From Octopus vulgaris (Eukaryota), in the NCBI GenBank assembly GCA_951406725.2, contig OX597817.1:2170001-2234000 (forward strand): a DNA stretch of 64,000 nt. Reading direction: 5' to 3'. Position numbers and translations under genes: made by a program. Position 1 is the stretch's first letter; each line of letters starts with the position of its first letter. Below the pieces are notes generated by a model. The model was not told the origin of the DNA and did no database searches. It saw only the letters and a program-made list of their open reading frames with translations. Shown here in pieces: positions 50,600 to 63,915 of the stretch.

Positions 50600-52344
50600 T
50601 AATATGTGTGTCTGTGTGTGTTTGTCATGTCGTTAAAACTCGAGATCCACGCAACTGATTTTAATGAAATTTTATACGTGCATTACATAGGGCCCATGGA
50701 GTGTCATGTGCCAAAACAATCTTCGACTTCTTGCCTAATGCGGTCCAAGGGGCAGATAAACCGCATTTTAAAAGCATTTTGCAGAGTTAAAGCCCGTAAC
50801 TTGAAGAGTATCCAATCGCTTTCCTCCAAATTTGCAACAAACATTAACCAGGCTCCTCGAATTGCTGTTGACTAAAAAAAAAAAAAAAATTCCGACGCCG
50901 GCTATGAACCCTCCAAAAATGTAGATTAATCCAATTTGAGTATACTGCACTGGGTCTTATCTTTGTTTTAGGCCATTTTCCAATAATAAAATATTGACAC
51001 TACTTATGCATTATAAGTAGCGTATAATATTTCCTGAAAACCTTTTTGTCCAGTTTGGCAGAGAAAATAAGGACTTTAAATTTTTGTCGTCGCACCACCA
51101 TGTGCATATATGTGTGCACAACAAACCCATTCATCCTTTCTCTAGAACTGCCCTGTTGATGTTTCACGTTTCCAATCCTGCGCAACGTGGCTCGGCAGCA
51201 TGTCTGCTCTCCATGTCATCCATGTCTGAACTATATAGTGCAAAATGTTCATACAAAAAAATACTGCTGCTGTGATTCACAGCCATTTCATTTTGACCGT
51301 GTGTCCACTTCCGGAAGCTACGCTCGCCACTTGCAATTAGCCCCCCCCCTGTGTTCCCTGCGTTTAGTCGGACGAGTAAATACAGGTCGTCCTAGAATTA
51401 ATGATGATTTGAATGAATTCACTGTTATTTATGTTTATCATGTTTAATATGTGTTAAAAGTGTATAAATTTTGTTTATAATTTCATTTTCATTCCTGTTG
51501 AACCCCTCTTATTTGTCCATGACAGCTTTTTTTTCAATTTGGCAGCAATCATTTTCTTTACCTCCATACCCAAGATGGAGCAGTCGTTTAGTTTAAAGAA
51601 CACATTCGGTTGGCAGTGCAGGAGCTAACTCCTGCAATGCTTCATAATGTGTTTCACAAGGATAAGGAGAGATTTGAAGTATGCAGTGACACACAGACAT
51701 GTTGAAAATTTTCAATAAAAGATTGACGTAAAATATATAAAGCTATTTATTTTGGTAATAAACATAAAATTCTGTCAGTTTTTAAAAAAAATTTGCTCAT
51801 TTCATTGAAACAGTTAATTCTGGAACACCCTGCATTGTGTAGCGTTGTTAGTTGTTGCGTTGCTCGAGAAAATATTAAAATCAATGGCGGCCTTCTCAAC
51901 GTAAACATCCCATCTTTTTGTTTAGCATATTGTATCAAAGAGTATATTATCCAAAAGGTGTCTCTCCTTTATAGACGTGGCTGTGCGTTTGAGAAGCTTG
52001 CATTCCGTCCATGTCGCCTTGGGTTGAGTCCCAGTGTGTGGCACGTCGGGCGATTCTGTTCCATCACAGCTCCGTGCAGACCATAGCCTTGTGTATTATA
52101 TAATTGCCATTACTGTATTGATATATAAAATAACACATACAACTCACTTATTGTAATATAATAAAGAAATAGAAGTTCGTGTATGAAATTGATCTTTTTT
52201 CTATTTCAATTATTACATCTTTTTTCTTATAAAATACACACATACGGGAGAAGCAAATCTATATATATATAATAACACTTTGAATGTGGGTCTCGAGAAA
52301 GAATAAAAGTAATTACCCGGTCAACGACGGTTATTACGGCTAGT
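50600..52344 (+). mobile_element. Older non-autonomous Helitron of the 28085-29038 type, with inserted relics
   Basis: 5' tgtgtgtctgt...taaaactcgaga...aaattttatac...tagggcccatg matches 28100-28220; 3' hairpin attacccg-gtcaacga-cggttatt then CTAG at 52340-52343; that both ends belong to one element is inferred. Confidence 0.6.
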
Positions 52345-52779
52345 ATATAATAAACATCACAAATAACTTTGAAGAAGAGGAAAATCTGTGCTTAATAAAG
52401 ATAGACACTCCAAGGCAATGGACTTATGGAATACGTTAGTGTGACCTTTAAACAAATAGAGTATATTTTGACATATTGCAAGAACATAAGAAGAACAATT
52501 CGGATGGATTTAAGAGGAGAGCTTACGCATACGATGCAATGCATATAAACAACAGATGGAGACTCCACAAGCAAATACCATCGATATTTTGACCACAAAG
52601 CACCACACATTGCTCTAAGTTATTCAGTTTTGTCATAAACTCCAATTTCCCTGCTAATCAAGCGAAAATCTCATCGTATAAAATATTTCTAAATCCATAG
52701 TTATTTGGGAAAAATTGCGGGAAAATTCTTGAATCAATGCTAAGGTAGACTGAACAGATTGGGATTATATGTGCGTGTG

Positions 52780-54350
52780 GATAGGGGGGGGGGGGCTGGT
52801 GACCTTGACGTGTGCGCGTGTGTGCGTGTATAGGTGTGTGGATGATGGTGTGGGTGCTGGGAAGTGGTCAGTGCTAGTGTGTGCGGGGTGGTATGGTGTG
52901 GTGTGGTGGTGTTGGGATGTGAAGGAAGCAAGAATGTAGTGTTGGTGAGGTTGGGGGTAGGAGTGGGGTATGTGGGAATAGGGTGTGAGGAAGGGGTGGG
53001 GTATGTGGGCTTGGAATGTGTGGGATGGGGTGGGGATTAGATGAGATGTAAAGGGTTGGTGGGGTAGGAATGTGTAGGGTTGGGGTAACGATGGAGGGGT
53101 GACGATGAAGGGAGAGGGTGGAAGGGAGAAGGTGGATAGGAGTGAAGAGAGAAAGTAGGTGTCAGAGCAAGAGAGGAGAGGAGAGGTGGGTGGGAGTGAA
53201 AGGAGGAAGTAGGTGTGAGAGGAAGAGAGGAGAGAGAATGGGAGTTAGATTAAGAGGGGATGAGAATTGAGCTCATGTGGGGCAGAGAAGCGAAGAGAGA
53301 AGATTAATTCCAGTTCAAGGCGAAGACGGTAGTTCGGATGGCCCCTGTGCAAGAACAATCCGAACAGAGAGAGGTGTTGTAAAGAATGACCGGTAGAGCG
53401 GAAATGGCGCGAGACGGGGCTGTCGTTGCCGAGTCTGATGTCTCGGAGGTGGCAGAAGCGTTAGCACGCCGGGCGAAATGCGTAGCCGTATTTCGTCTGC
53501 CGTTACGTTGTGAGTTCAAATTCCGCCGAGGTCAACTTTACCTTTCATCCTTTCGGGGTCGATAAATTAAGTACCAGTTACGCACTGGGGTCGATGTAAT
53601 TGACTTGATCTGTTTGTCTATCCTTGTTTGTTCCCTCTATGTCTAGCCCCTTGTGGGTAGTAAAGAAATAGGTATTCCGCGAACCGGTCAGCCAAGCGGC
53701 ATCTCGTTTGACCGATGTACAGAGAAGGACAGAGAGAGAGAGAGAGCAGGAGATGCATTAGAGGACGTTGCTAAAAGTGCAGGTGAAGGAGTCAGTGATA
53801 TGATAGGTTCGATGAAGAGTGATTGTGAGGATGGTGGTGTTGGAGAGGTAGGGGCAAGTGCGTGGGCGGTAGCAGAGGAATGAGCCGGGTTGGGATTTTG
53901 GGCTAGGGAAGAAACTGTGGACCAGGAGGTGACGTAGTTTGTGGGCTCGTTTGAAGGAGGGGAGGGGTCGGTTAGGTAAGATGTGCGAAGTGGAGGAATC
54001 GGACTGAAGTCGCCGGAAGGCTCGGAGAATGGTGTGTTGGAGAGGTAGGGTGGAGGGGTGGTAGGTGAGGGGAACCGGGAGACGAGTGAATGCGGGGCGG
54101 GTGTGGAGGGGAACAGGGGCACGGTCCACGAAACGTGCTCTGGCAAGGGAGGTGTGGACAGTGGTGAAAGGATATTCACGTAGGATTAAGTGGCAGGCCA
54201 TGAGTTGAGACTGAGTCTCAAAATCATGGTTGTCACTTCAGAGACTGCACAGAGGGAGGAATTGGGAATAGAGGATGGAGAGCTTGGTGTGTTTAGGGTG
54301 GAAGGAGGAGAAGTTGAGGTATGAGTGTGAGTGTATATTTGTAGTGGATG
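52780..54350 (-). mobile_element. Penelope-like element, 3' part (thumb/linker + GIY-YIG), interrupted by a SINE
   Basis: PLTYHPSTLPLQHTILRAFRRLQSD..SFKRAHKLRHLLV..CYRPRTCPY..ITDSFTCTFSNV; YIGQTRCRLADRFAE | LRDIRLGNDSPVSRHFRSTGHS; C-rich (G-rich on +) 3' region. Confidence 0.85.
53451..53673 (+). mobile_element. SINE inserted within the GIY-YIG coding region
   Basis: ggcagaagcgttagcacgccgggcg...gagttcaaattccgccgaggtcaac...cctttcggggtcgataaattaagtaccag; same family at 55693-56085 and 59330-60140. Confidence 0.85.
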
Positions 54351-55692
54351 GAGGTAGTGAGAGTGGAGTGATGGTCTTCTTCAAACGATGACATTTCAAG
54401 ATTATCACCTAGAAGTTTAATAACAAATCCAAATAATCCAGTAATTATAAATAAAAATGTAAATTTACAAATCTGCATTTTTGAATAAAGTTCGGTGAAC
54501 TGTGTTTGCGATTTAGGGTCTAAACTTACTCTTCCAATGATTCTTCCACTAACACTCTAATTCTCACTATTTTTGCTAGAAAAAAATATCTTTCTACTTA
54601 AACAGAATTTTCTCTGCTGGTATTAAAATCCAACGTACCTTACTCAAATTCCCACTTTATTTTTTCTATTCTTTTCCCGTACACTTACATATTGCATGCT
54701 CACATTAACAAATACTACAACTCGTACATATCTTTTCTACTCATACACTCATAGAAACTTCTCTCTCTCAAATTTGACATCTTTCATATTCCAGGCACTA
54801 AGCCAACACCTTACATATCCTACGCACACAATTACACACATATACACTCACACGTATGCTCACATTCACACACATACTTGGTCATACACTTAACTCTATT
54901 TTGGTTCACCAACACATATATTATCACACTTCACACTTATTTCTCTTGACTTATTTTATCATCCATCCCCATCCATGTACATACAGGATATTTTGCCTTC
55001 TACTCATTTTTCACTTACTCATTATGTCCACACTTATGTTCACACTGTCTCGAACACGTATTCAAAAACTGACATCATGCACATTTAATTCCATCTCGCC
55101 ACCTTCTCCCATACTTGTAAGACATACTTAAACCTGCTTTACACGTACTCCATTTACCTATCAGACTTGTCACGTTTATTTCCCTGATCACTTACCATTC
55201 TTCATTACTTAAGCCCAAATTTCAGGACTGCATGCTTCTAGTCTCTCGTTCAGGTATTTGCTTCTTAGAACGAACATCATTTGCTATTAATTTCTAATCC
55301 TTTTCGTTTTTTTCTTCTCATTCTGGCCTGGTGTTGAGTCATTATCCGAAACGTTGATTAATTATACTGTTTTGTTACATTCGTTCTATCTCCCTTACTC
55401 TGAGTTTTATTTAACTCCATTCAGCAATCATTTTTATTTCTCTGTCTTTGGAAAATCATGAACTGGGGCTGACTGGTGGAAGTCACATTCTCTCTTTAGT
55501 GATACCTTGCTGTTTTGCTTTCTTGCCGTTTATCTTGCATATGGAATGGTAATATAAGGACTTTCGGTTTTCGCGTGTTACGTATGAAGTCTCAATTGCT
55601 CTGCTGAAAAAGAAAAATTAGGCTGTTCTCATTTAGACACGTAAAATGTTTGGGTGAGGATGAAATATTTTCCATTATTTCTGGAGTTGAAA

Positions 55693-56085
55693 AGCGGTGA
55701 ACTGGCTGAAACGTCAGCACGCAGGGCGAAATGCTTAGCGATATTTCGTCTGCCGTTACGTTCTGTGTTCAAATTCCACCGAGGTCGACTTTGTCTTTCA
55801 TCCTTTCGGGGTCGATAAATTAAGTGCCAGTTGCGTACTGGTGTCGATGTAATCGACTTAATCCGTTTGTCTGTCCTTGTTTGTTCTCTCTGTATTTACC
55901 CCCTTGTGGGTAGTAAAGAAATAGGTATTTCATCTGTCTTTACGTTCTGAGTTCAAGTTCCGCCGAGGTCGACTGTGTCTTTCATCCTTTCGGGGTCGAT
56001 AAATTAAGTACCAGTTGCGTACTGGGGGTCGATGTAATCGACTGGTCCCCTCAAGATTTCGAGCCTTGTGCCTAGAGTAGAAAAG
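55693..56085 (+). mobile_element. Tandem (partial dimer) SINE
   Basis: The unit tatttcgtctg..ttacgttctg.gttcaa.ttcc.ccgaggtcgact...gatgtaatcgact occurs twice (55742-55858, 55927-56044). Confidence 0.8.
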
Positions 56086-56089
56086 GTTC

Positions 56090-56880
56090 TTTCTGGAGTT
56101 GCATTAATTTGCAATAGGCTTCTATCCATTGAATTATTGACCATATGAGATCAAATTTGTCACTATTGTAACATTTCAAGTGACATATATGGCTCGACAA
56201 TGCTATGGTTTTCGTGCATTTGTTTCTGTACATGCAGTCTTTGATGCTGCCATCGCACATTCAAACATGCTTTAGAGTTGTTTGCCTCTTCGGTAGCTTG
56301 CAACTGAGTTATTCGGCGTAAGTTTCTAAAGAGGCATTGCTCTTTATTCTCTGAACTGCCGTTAGCTACCTTGTTGCTTGGGTTCATAAGATTACTAGAA
56401 TATCTAGTCACAGAAGTGGTTCATGCATCCTTGGGCTCTTTATGTAGTTTGGAACACTGCTAACTTAAATAATTTATCTCTTGTTCATTACGCAACAATA
56501 GATTACCGATACCTTTAACATTTTCAGGTTCAATAGTTTTGAATATTTCTGTCTTGGGAGAATATTTGTGGATCTCAGACTTTAAATCTCTTGGCACTAT
56601 TGGATTTAACAGTGTGACTCTATGGAGTGTTGAACATAATAAAATTTTAATTACGATTTTTGTTTTCATTCTATGATTCTCCAGCACTTTATGGTAGTGG
56701 TCTGAAGGTCAATCAAATATTCCTTTAAAAAAAATACTGGAGGAAATTCTACCAATATTGTTAAGATTTTTCGTTACATCTAATGCAAGTACTTGAACCT
56801 ATTACTCCAAATCTCCTTGGGTCTTCCCTTCATACTTCACATACACCTTCATTTGAATTCCTTTCATTTTACATACCAGC
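56090..56880 (-). mobile_element. Highly decayed Penelope-like element, C-terminal endonuclease region
   Basis: GSSENKEQCLFRN (CNCR.K..CPL-like), QLQATEE, IALSSHICHLK..KFDLIWSII...AYCKL. Confidence 0.5.
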
Positions 56881-57568
56881 ACTGAGGTGACTACAACACT
56901 TATCGTCATCACTTAAATGAATGTCTAAAAAACCGAAACGTAACATTCTTTGATTCCCACTCAATAGGAACTTTGCAAACTCTTCTGTAAACTCTTCCGC
57001 TGATGAAATGTTGCCGACGAAGACCATTACCAGCTTCCACAGAGACCGAGATTCGATCCTATTTTGCTCATATACCAGAAACTATGCAAATACTTCTCTA
57101 TTGTCTGTTTTAGTTTATCCTCTCAATAGCAGCTGAATTTCCTTTTTCCGTTTAACATTGCGTGACGATAGGAACTTTGCCAGATGCATTTTGGTGTGAG
57201 AGTACATCTCTTAAAGGGTAGTAATGCCACTAGAGACAGCTTCGTTGCTATTCAGAGAAAGAAAGAGAGGCGGGAGAGAGAAAATCATCTTTAAGCAGGA
57301 CTGATGTTTTCCTAAATGCTATTTTAAGCGTTGGTATTTTAAACAGAGGATAACATTCTCTTCATGATACACACTCACATCGCTGTCTCTCTCATCCTCT
57401 CTTCCTGTCTCACTCAGTCCTAGGTTCTTCAGCTTCTCTCTTTCAGAACACACACGCACACACACACTCTCTCTCTCTCTCTCACACACATACACTCTCA
57501 CGCACGCACTCGCAAAAATTCCTTCTTTATCTTATATTTATTTGTGTATGAGTGTGTTTGTGTCTGTT

Positions 57569-57640
<72 letters not shown>

Positions 57641-58009
57641 TATATATGTATAGAGAGAGAGAGAGAGAGAGAAGAAAAGAGATATAAACATACATACATA
57701 TGTATATATGAATGTACACATATATGTGAGTGAGTGCATGCACATCTGAGTTTTCGCGCGTGTGTGTAAATGTGTGTGCGCGCGGCTGTGTTTGTGGATG
57801 TGTTAATACATCAGTAGAATGAAGCAAATGTTTATAAATTTAACCATACATCTCTCCCCCTTGCTCTCCCTCTCCATAAAAGTGTGTGTATGTGTGGGCG
57901 CGTGTGTAGATAAATACATATATATACATCACTTACATATGTATGTGTATGTGTGTGTGTGTGTATGTGAATCTGTGTGTCCGTGTGTCCCTGTGTGTAC
58001 GTTACTGAC

Positions 58010-58440
58010 TGGGTTTGGTGTGGAAAGCCATTGCCAACATTACGAGACGTGAGAAATGAGATTGATGCGGTTAATGATGCATTGAAACTGCTGCAAGCCG
58101 ACATCTGCAGGAAAGACATGAACATGGAGGGAATTCCAGATGGCAGATACTCTAGAGACATAGGGGTGGGAGTAATGGTTAGTGCAGGACTTGGGATTTT
58201 CAGACTAAAAGGGGTGATGAGATGAGGAAAGACAAGTGAGGCGGGAGTACATGATGGCAGAGGCAAAAGACCGGCTAGCAACGAGGAAGTGAGTCCACTA
58301 TAGTTGCAGTAGGTGGTGAGCAGAATGCGGAGAGAGCACACTACTGGGATAGTCGAGCAACCTTGCTCTGAATGCGCTTTTGATTGGCTGTGTAAGCAGT
58401 AGCGCTGTCTGTGGAGAAATACTGAAACATTCTTGATCAT
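58010..58440 (-). mobile_element. Decayed CR1/L2-type LINE 3' end
   Basis: YCNYSGLTSSLLAGLLP and WNSLHVHVFPADVGLQQFQCIINRINL (the WN.LP...FK..I C-terminal motif). Confidence 0.55.
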
Positions 58441-58537
58441 TGGTCTTCTCGATCAAGGTTAACTTAAGACTAAACACCACCCCACACCGCCCCCACGCCG
58501 CCGCCGCCACCACCACCACCACCACCACCACCACCAG

Positions 58538-58686
58538 TAGTGTGGTAAGAAGTCTGCTTCCCAACCCCATGGTTCGGGGTTCAGTCCCACTGCGTGGCAC
58601 TTTGGGCAAGTGTCTTCTACTTTAGCCTCGGGCCGATCAAAGCCTCGTGAATGGATTTGGTAGATGGAAACTGAAAGAAACCCGTC

Positions 58687-58727
<41 letters not shown>

Positions 58728-59005
58728 TGTATGTATATGTGTGTGTGTTCCCCGTGTGTCTGCGTGTATGTGTGCGTGTGTATGTGTGTGTGTGTCTTTG
58801 TGTCTGTCCTCCCACTACCGACTGACAGTCGGTGCCGGTGTGTTTACGCCTCCGTAACTTAGCGGACCCGCAAAAGCGACCGATAAAATATGTACCAGGT
58901 TTTCAAAAAATAAGTACTGTGGTCGATGCATTCGACTAAATATTCTTCAAGGTGATGCCCCAGCATGGCCTAAGTCTAATGACGGAAACAAGTAAAAGAT
59001 AAAAG
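58538..59005 (+). mobile_element. tRNA-derived SINE with internal (TA)n/(TG)n
   Basis: tgtggtaagaagtctgcttcccaaccccatggttcggggttcagtcccactgcgtggcac ... atgacggaaacaagtaaaagataaaaga. Confidence 0.8.
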
Positions 59006-59329
59006 AAATGAGAAGATCTAAGTGACAATGTTTATTTGCCTGGAAATATCGTTAGCATTTTATAAAGCGTCTTTGCCTAGTTTCAAAGGGATATTCAGAT
59101 GAATGACAGAATAATGTTTGAAAAAACAATTCTGGGGTCTACGGTCCCTTTGCATATAACAGGTAGGATTTAAGAAAAGAGATGGCAAAATACTTACAAT
59201 TACAATGGAGTAGTAAGCTCTCCCGCATGCAAACTCTTTCTTATACTCTCTTCCTCAATACAAGCACACACTGTGACCATTATACTTAGATGACACTCTA
59301 TAGATGGTATATTTTAGTTTCACTCTTTG

Positions 59330-60140
59330 GAACAAGGCCAGCAATTTTAGGGGGATGGGAAAATCGATGTTATGAACAGCAGTGTTCAATTGGTACATAT
59401 TTTGTCGACCCCGAAAGGATGAAATGTAAAGTGGAATTTGAACTCAGGACGTAAACATAGACTTAAGCATTATGGCCGGCGTGCTATCGATTCGGCCAGC
59501 TCTCTGCCAATATAGACAGTATATATTGGAATACTGTAGTTATTCTTCGTTGGAAAATCATCTTTAAAAAGTTACTGTACAGTTTCAGATGCTTCACCCC
59601 TCTGGGATCAATAAAATAAATTACCTATCAAGTACCGGGGTCGATCAAAAGACCCTTATCCAAAATTCAAATCTATATTATGAACTACTATTAATGTAGG
59701 GAGCATTAAAAATCTAAGTAATGCAATGCAGAAAGAAAATAGCAGTCACTAATTAGTAATTAATTAATATCGTTTTAATTTTTATTCCACTGAGGTTGAC
59801 TTTGCCTTTCATCCTTTCGGGATAAATAAAATAAGTACCAGTTGAACACTGGGGTCGATGTAATCAACTTACTCCCTCCCCCGAAATTGCTGGGCTTGTG
59901 CCAAAATTTTAAACCAATAATATTTTAGCTTTTTTTTTTTCTGCTGGTAGATTTTCAGAATCGTCGAACTGGCGAAATGCTTTGCCGTATTTCTTTCAAT
60001 TCTTTGTTATGAGTTCAAATACTGCTGAGTTCATCTTTGCATTTCATCCTTTCGGCATCGATAAAAATAAAGTACCAGTAACGTACTGGACTGATGTAAT
60101 TAAAGAACTCATTTCCTCCAATATTGCTGGATCCGTACCC
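59330..60140. mobile_element. Cluster of decayed SINE fragments in both orientations
   Basis: Repeated tttcatcctttcgg / ccgaaaggatgaaa and aagtaccag..ggggtcgat cores. Confidence 0.65.
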
Positions 60141-60144
60141 AAAC

Positions 60145-60479
60145 CATTATTGTCTGTTTCTTATCGAGCCACGCCTTGCTCTTAAGGGCCGGTTTCGCGA
60201 TTTCCCTGGCGTATAGATTCCCCCACCTGGACGGGACGCTGCTAGATGCAGGAGGAAAGAGTGAGAAGAAGCTGAGGCGGAAGAGTCGTTACCTTCTGCC
60301 GGAGCCGCGTGGAGCTTGGGTGGTTCGCTCATAAACACACACACATTGTCCGATCTGAGATTCGAACCCGCGATCCCTCGACCGCGAATTCGCTGCTCTA
60401 ACCACTAGGCCATGTGCCTCCACTGTAGCCATGTGCCTCCACTGTAGCCATGTGCCTCCACTGTAGCCATGTGCCTCCA
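60145..60479 (-). mobile_element. tRNA-derived SINE with a tandemly reiterated 19-bp 5' end
   Basis: A box TGGCCTAGTGG, B box GGTTCGAATC on the minus strand; gccatgtgcctccactgta repeated about 3.7 times at 60409-60479. Confidence 0.8.
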
Positions 60480-60819
60480 TTGCCGTATTCTTAACGAAAA
60501 TAGAGTTGATACAATTCTAGACATGTATTGGTCTTTATTGTGACCATATTTCGTAGAACATAAAAGTTCACATTAGTGGATCTACTACAATGTAGACCAG
60601 TGGGCGTAGAAAAACAGAATTAAGATAATAAGTTACATAGAGACGTGATCCGCATGAAAAACATTTAATGCTCCGTATGTATTCCTATGCGTTTCTGCTC
60701 CTCTGTCAGTTAATATGTTTGCATGGGTGTATATAAGAATGAGTGTATATTTCACTGTATAAGCATGTGTATATGTAATTAGTTGTGCTCTTATGTTATG
60801 ATAATGTCTTAGTGTATAA

Positions 60820-60823
60820 TTGT

Positions 60824-60909
<86 letters not shown>

Positions 60910-61199
60910 TTAATTGGGTGAAAGTGTCAGCGAGTCGCATGTGCATGTGATTAATTGTCCGTGTAGTTTTTTGTGTGTTTGTGTAGGTGCGAGTGTATGT
61001 GTAGTGTGTGTGCGTGCGTGTGTGTGTGTGTAAGCGAGTGAGTGTAAGAGTGCCTGAGTATTATTGTTTCGGTGTTCGTATGCGTGTGTGTGCGCATGTG
61101 TATGCACTCGCTAGGCAAATGTATGTCAGTGTGTTAGAATGTGTGTATATGTGTATCTGTGTCATCGTGTAAGTACTTGCGCACTTACGTGTGTGTGTG

Positions 61200-61251
<52 letters not shown>

Positions 61252-61397
61252 ATGTTTCAGTACGATGGAACTATTTCTGCGTGTTAATGTCCATTCGTAT
61301 GACAGTGTGCTGGTATTAGCGTGTACATGTGTCTCAGTGTGAGAGTGTGTCGGACTTAATGTGTGCGTAAGTATTTGTCTCAAAAAGGTAATGTGAT

Positions 61398-61455
<58 letters not shown>

Positions 61456-61655
61456 AGTGCGGTTTAAATGTTGTAAGTGTGTCAAAGTTTTGTGCGTGTG
61501 TGCTCGTATATATGAATATGTGTGCGTGTATGATAGGTTTCGTATAAATATGTTTGCATTACTAATTGCTATATTACCCACGGGGTCACGTTCACTGAAT
61601 TTCCTGTCGGATAAATGCGTGGGCGTATGATTAGATGAAATGATGGATGGATGAA

Positions 61656-61699
<44 letters not shown>

Positions 61700-61762
61700 A
61701 ATATATATATATACAAACATATATATATATATACAAAAATATATATATATATATATTTTTAC

Positions 61763-61808
<46 letters not shown>

Positions 61809-62040
61809 AACTGTATGTATGTTATATATATATACATATATATGTAGATAGATAGATAGATAGATAGTCAAATACATGTAACTAAATACATACATATTAT
61901 ATGCATATATACATACACACACACATATATATATATATGTATACATACGCATACATACACGCATATATATATATACATATACATACATTCATACATACAT
62001 GCCTATAATGACATCTATCTATCTATCTAACTGTCTATCT
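60820..62040. repeat. Extended (TG)n, (TA)n and (GATA)n microsatellite field
   Basis: Directly visible. Confidence 0.9.
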
Positions 62041-62717
62041 ATCATTGTGTGCTAATAAGTATGAAAAGCGATAAATTTTCAGAGTCATCTAAGAGACAGA
62101 TAAACGGACCATGTTCCTTTGCTCTGAGCTCAAAGGTCCAGTTCGGCCGAGCCCAGTTTCTCCTCTTGTCCTACCATATCCAATGCAAACTAAACCAATC
62201 AAATACTACGATCAATTGTACTCACTCTCTCTCTCTCTCTGTGTCTCTTTCTCTCTCTCTCTCTCTATCTCTATCTCTCACTCATTCTCACTTTCTCCCT
62301 AACTCTCCAAATCTCGAAAAGTGTCATAAGGGACTATATACACCAATCCGTTCTCCAGTAAAGGAGAATAGTTGGGGCGAAATGCTACAAACTTTTCTGA
62401 TTGCAAATAAATAAATATACAGTGAAATAAATAAACGAAAAAACTGATATTCTACTCTAACTGTCGACGGCAGCCTGATGTGCAGCACAGCAAGGACCGC
62501 AAATAAAGAAGAAAAAATAGTGAATGAAATATATATGTGTATGTGTGTGTGTTTATGGTTCCATGAATGGTTGGACGTGTTTATGTGCACACACACACAG
62601 ATTTATTAGATTGACTGCAACGGGTCTAGAATACTGTATACATTGATTAATATATCTATTCTATAAACAATATACGAGCGCTTATATTGCTGGATTCTTA
62701 GACTGTATAAATATAAG

Positions 62718-62761
<44 letters not shown>

Positions 62762-62820
62762 ACATAAGAAAATGGAGAAATACATCGTAATCAAATATCA
62801 ATTATAGTTAACTTTCTGTG

Positions 62821-62888
<68 letters not shown>

Positions 62889-62967
62889 CATACATACATA
62901 AATACATACATACATGCATACATACATACTTATTGAGGCCCTGGGATATGGAACACACTGGCTAAAT

Positions 62968-63725
62968 ATCAGGTCAAGTATGAAATTTGTAGAAAACAAA
63001 AAAAGTTTGCAAATGTTTTATAAATACAAGGAATAGTTTTATTCATCAACATATGCACCCATATTGCCAATACACTTTTGGTATTTCTGCGGTAGTTCGT
63101 CCAGCACGGAACTGTAGAAGCCTGGCAATCTAGAGTCAATAAAATCTTGGAAGGCCTGTTTTACAGCATTGTCGGAATTAATGGTTTAATGAAATCATAA
63201 TGGATCACACCTACGCCAGACCACCAAACACACACCATCAGCTTCTTTTGATAAATTTTGTTTTTTGGACTGATTTGGTGGCTCGACTTTGTCCAACCAT
63301 CGTTTGCGGTTGTTGTATTGAATCCATTTCTCATCACATGTTACAATTCGATTCAAAAATTATTCATTTTTGTGACGAGAAAATAGCATAATGCAGGCTT
63401 TCAAACGTTGCTGTTTCTGATTTTCATTGAGTTCATATGGAACCCACTTATCCAACTTTTTCACATTACCGATTTGAACTAGGTGAGTCAGCGAACAATA
63501 ACAATGATTCGCGGACACTTTGAGATGGATCTGACTCGATGGTGGCTTTCAATTCGTCATTATCCACTTTTGATTCTGGTCGACCGCGTTGCTCATTTGT
63601 GAGGTCAAAATTACCAGAACGAAATTTTGCCAAAGAACGTGATACTGTCCGCTGTGTAATAACATTAGAGTGGAATACTCCATTAATATTCCGATCTGTC
63701 TGTGATGCTGTATTTCCAAGAAAGA
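62968..63725 (-). mobile_element. Mariner transposase relic
   Basis: FLGNTASQTDRNINGVF...QRTVSR..AKFRSGNFDLTNEQRGRPESKVDNDELKATIESDPSQSVRE (mariner HTH domains); downstream KWVPYEL and IVTCDEKWI motifs. Confidence 0.8.
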
Positions 63726-63734
63726 ACTTTATAA

Positions 63735-63915
63735 AGCTTCTCAAAACTAGAAAGGAGAAAACTGATTCGAAGATTACAGATCCAATCCATCGCTGGAACT
63801 GTAAAAGTCTGTAAAACTTTCAAGAAGTTTATAATTTAAATATATATGTGCATGATTAGATATGCAAGTATGCGCATGAGCATACATACATAAAACAAAA
63901 TTTACAAATCTATAT
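63735..63915 (+). mobile_element. 3' end of the (CATA)-associated RLE family
   Basis: FSKLERRKLIRRLQIQSIAGTVKVCKTFKKFII* plus a 3' UTR matching 46660-46745. Confidence 0.8.

Noticed and set aside
55325-55360. Further hammerhead-like motif (cctggtg...ccgaaacgtt)
   Set aside because: Core too degenerate to support
60409-60479. CRISPR-like short direct repeats
   Set aside because: Contiguous tandem units with no spacers, no cas genes, eukaryotic context
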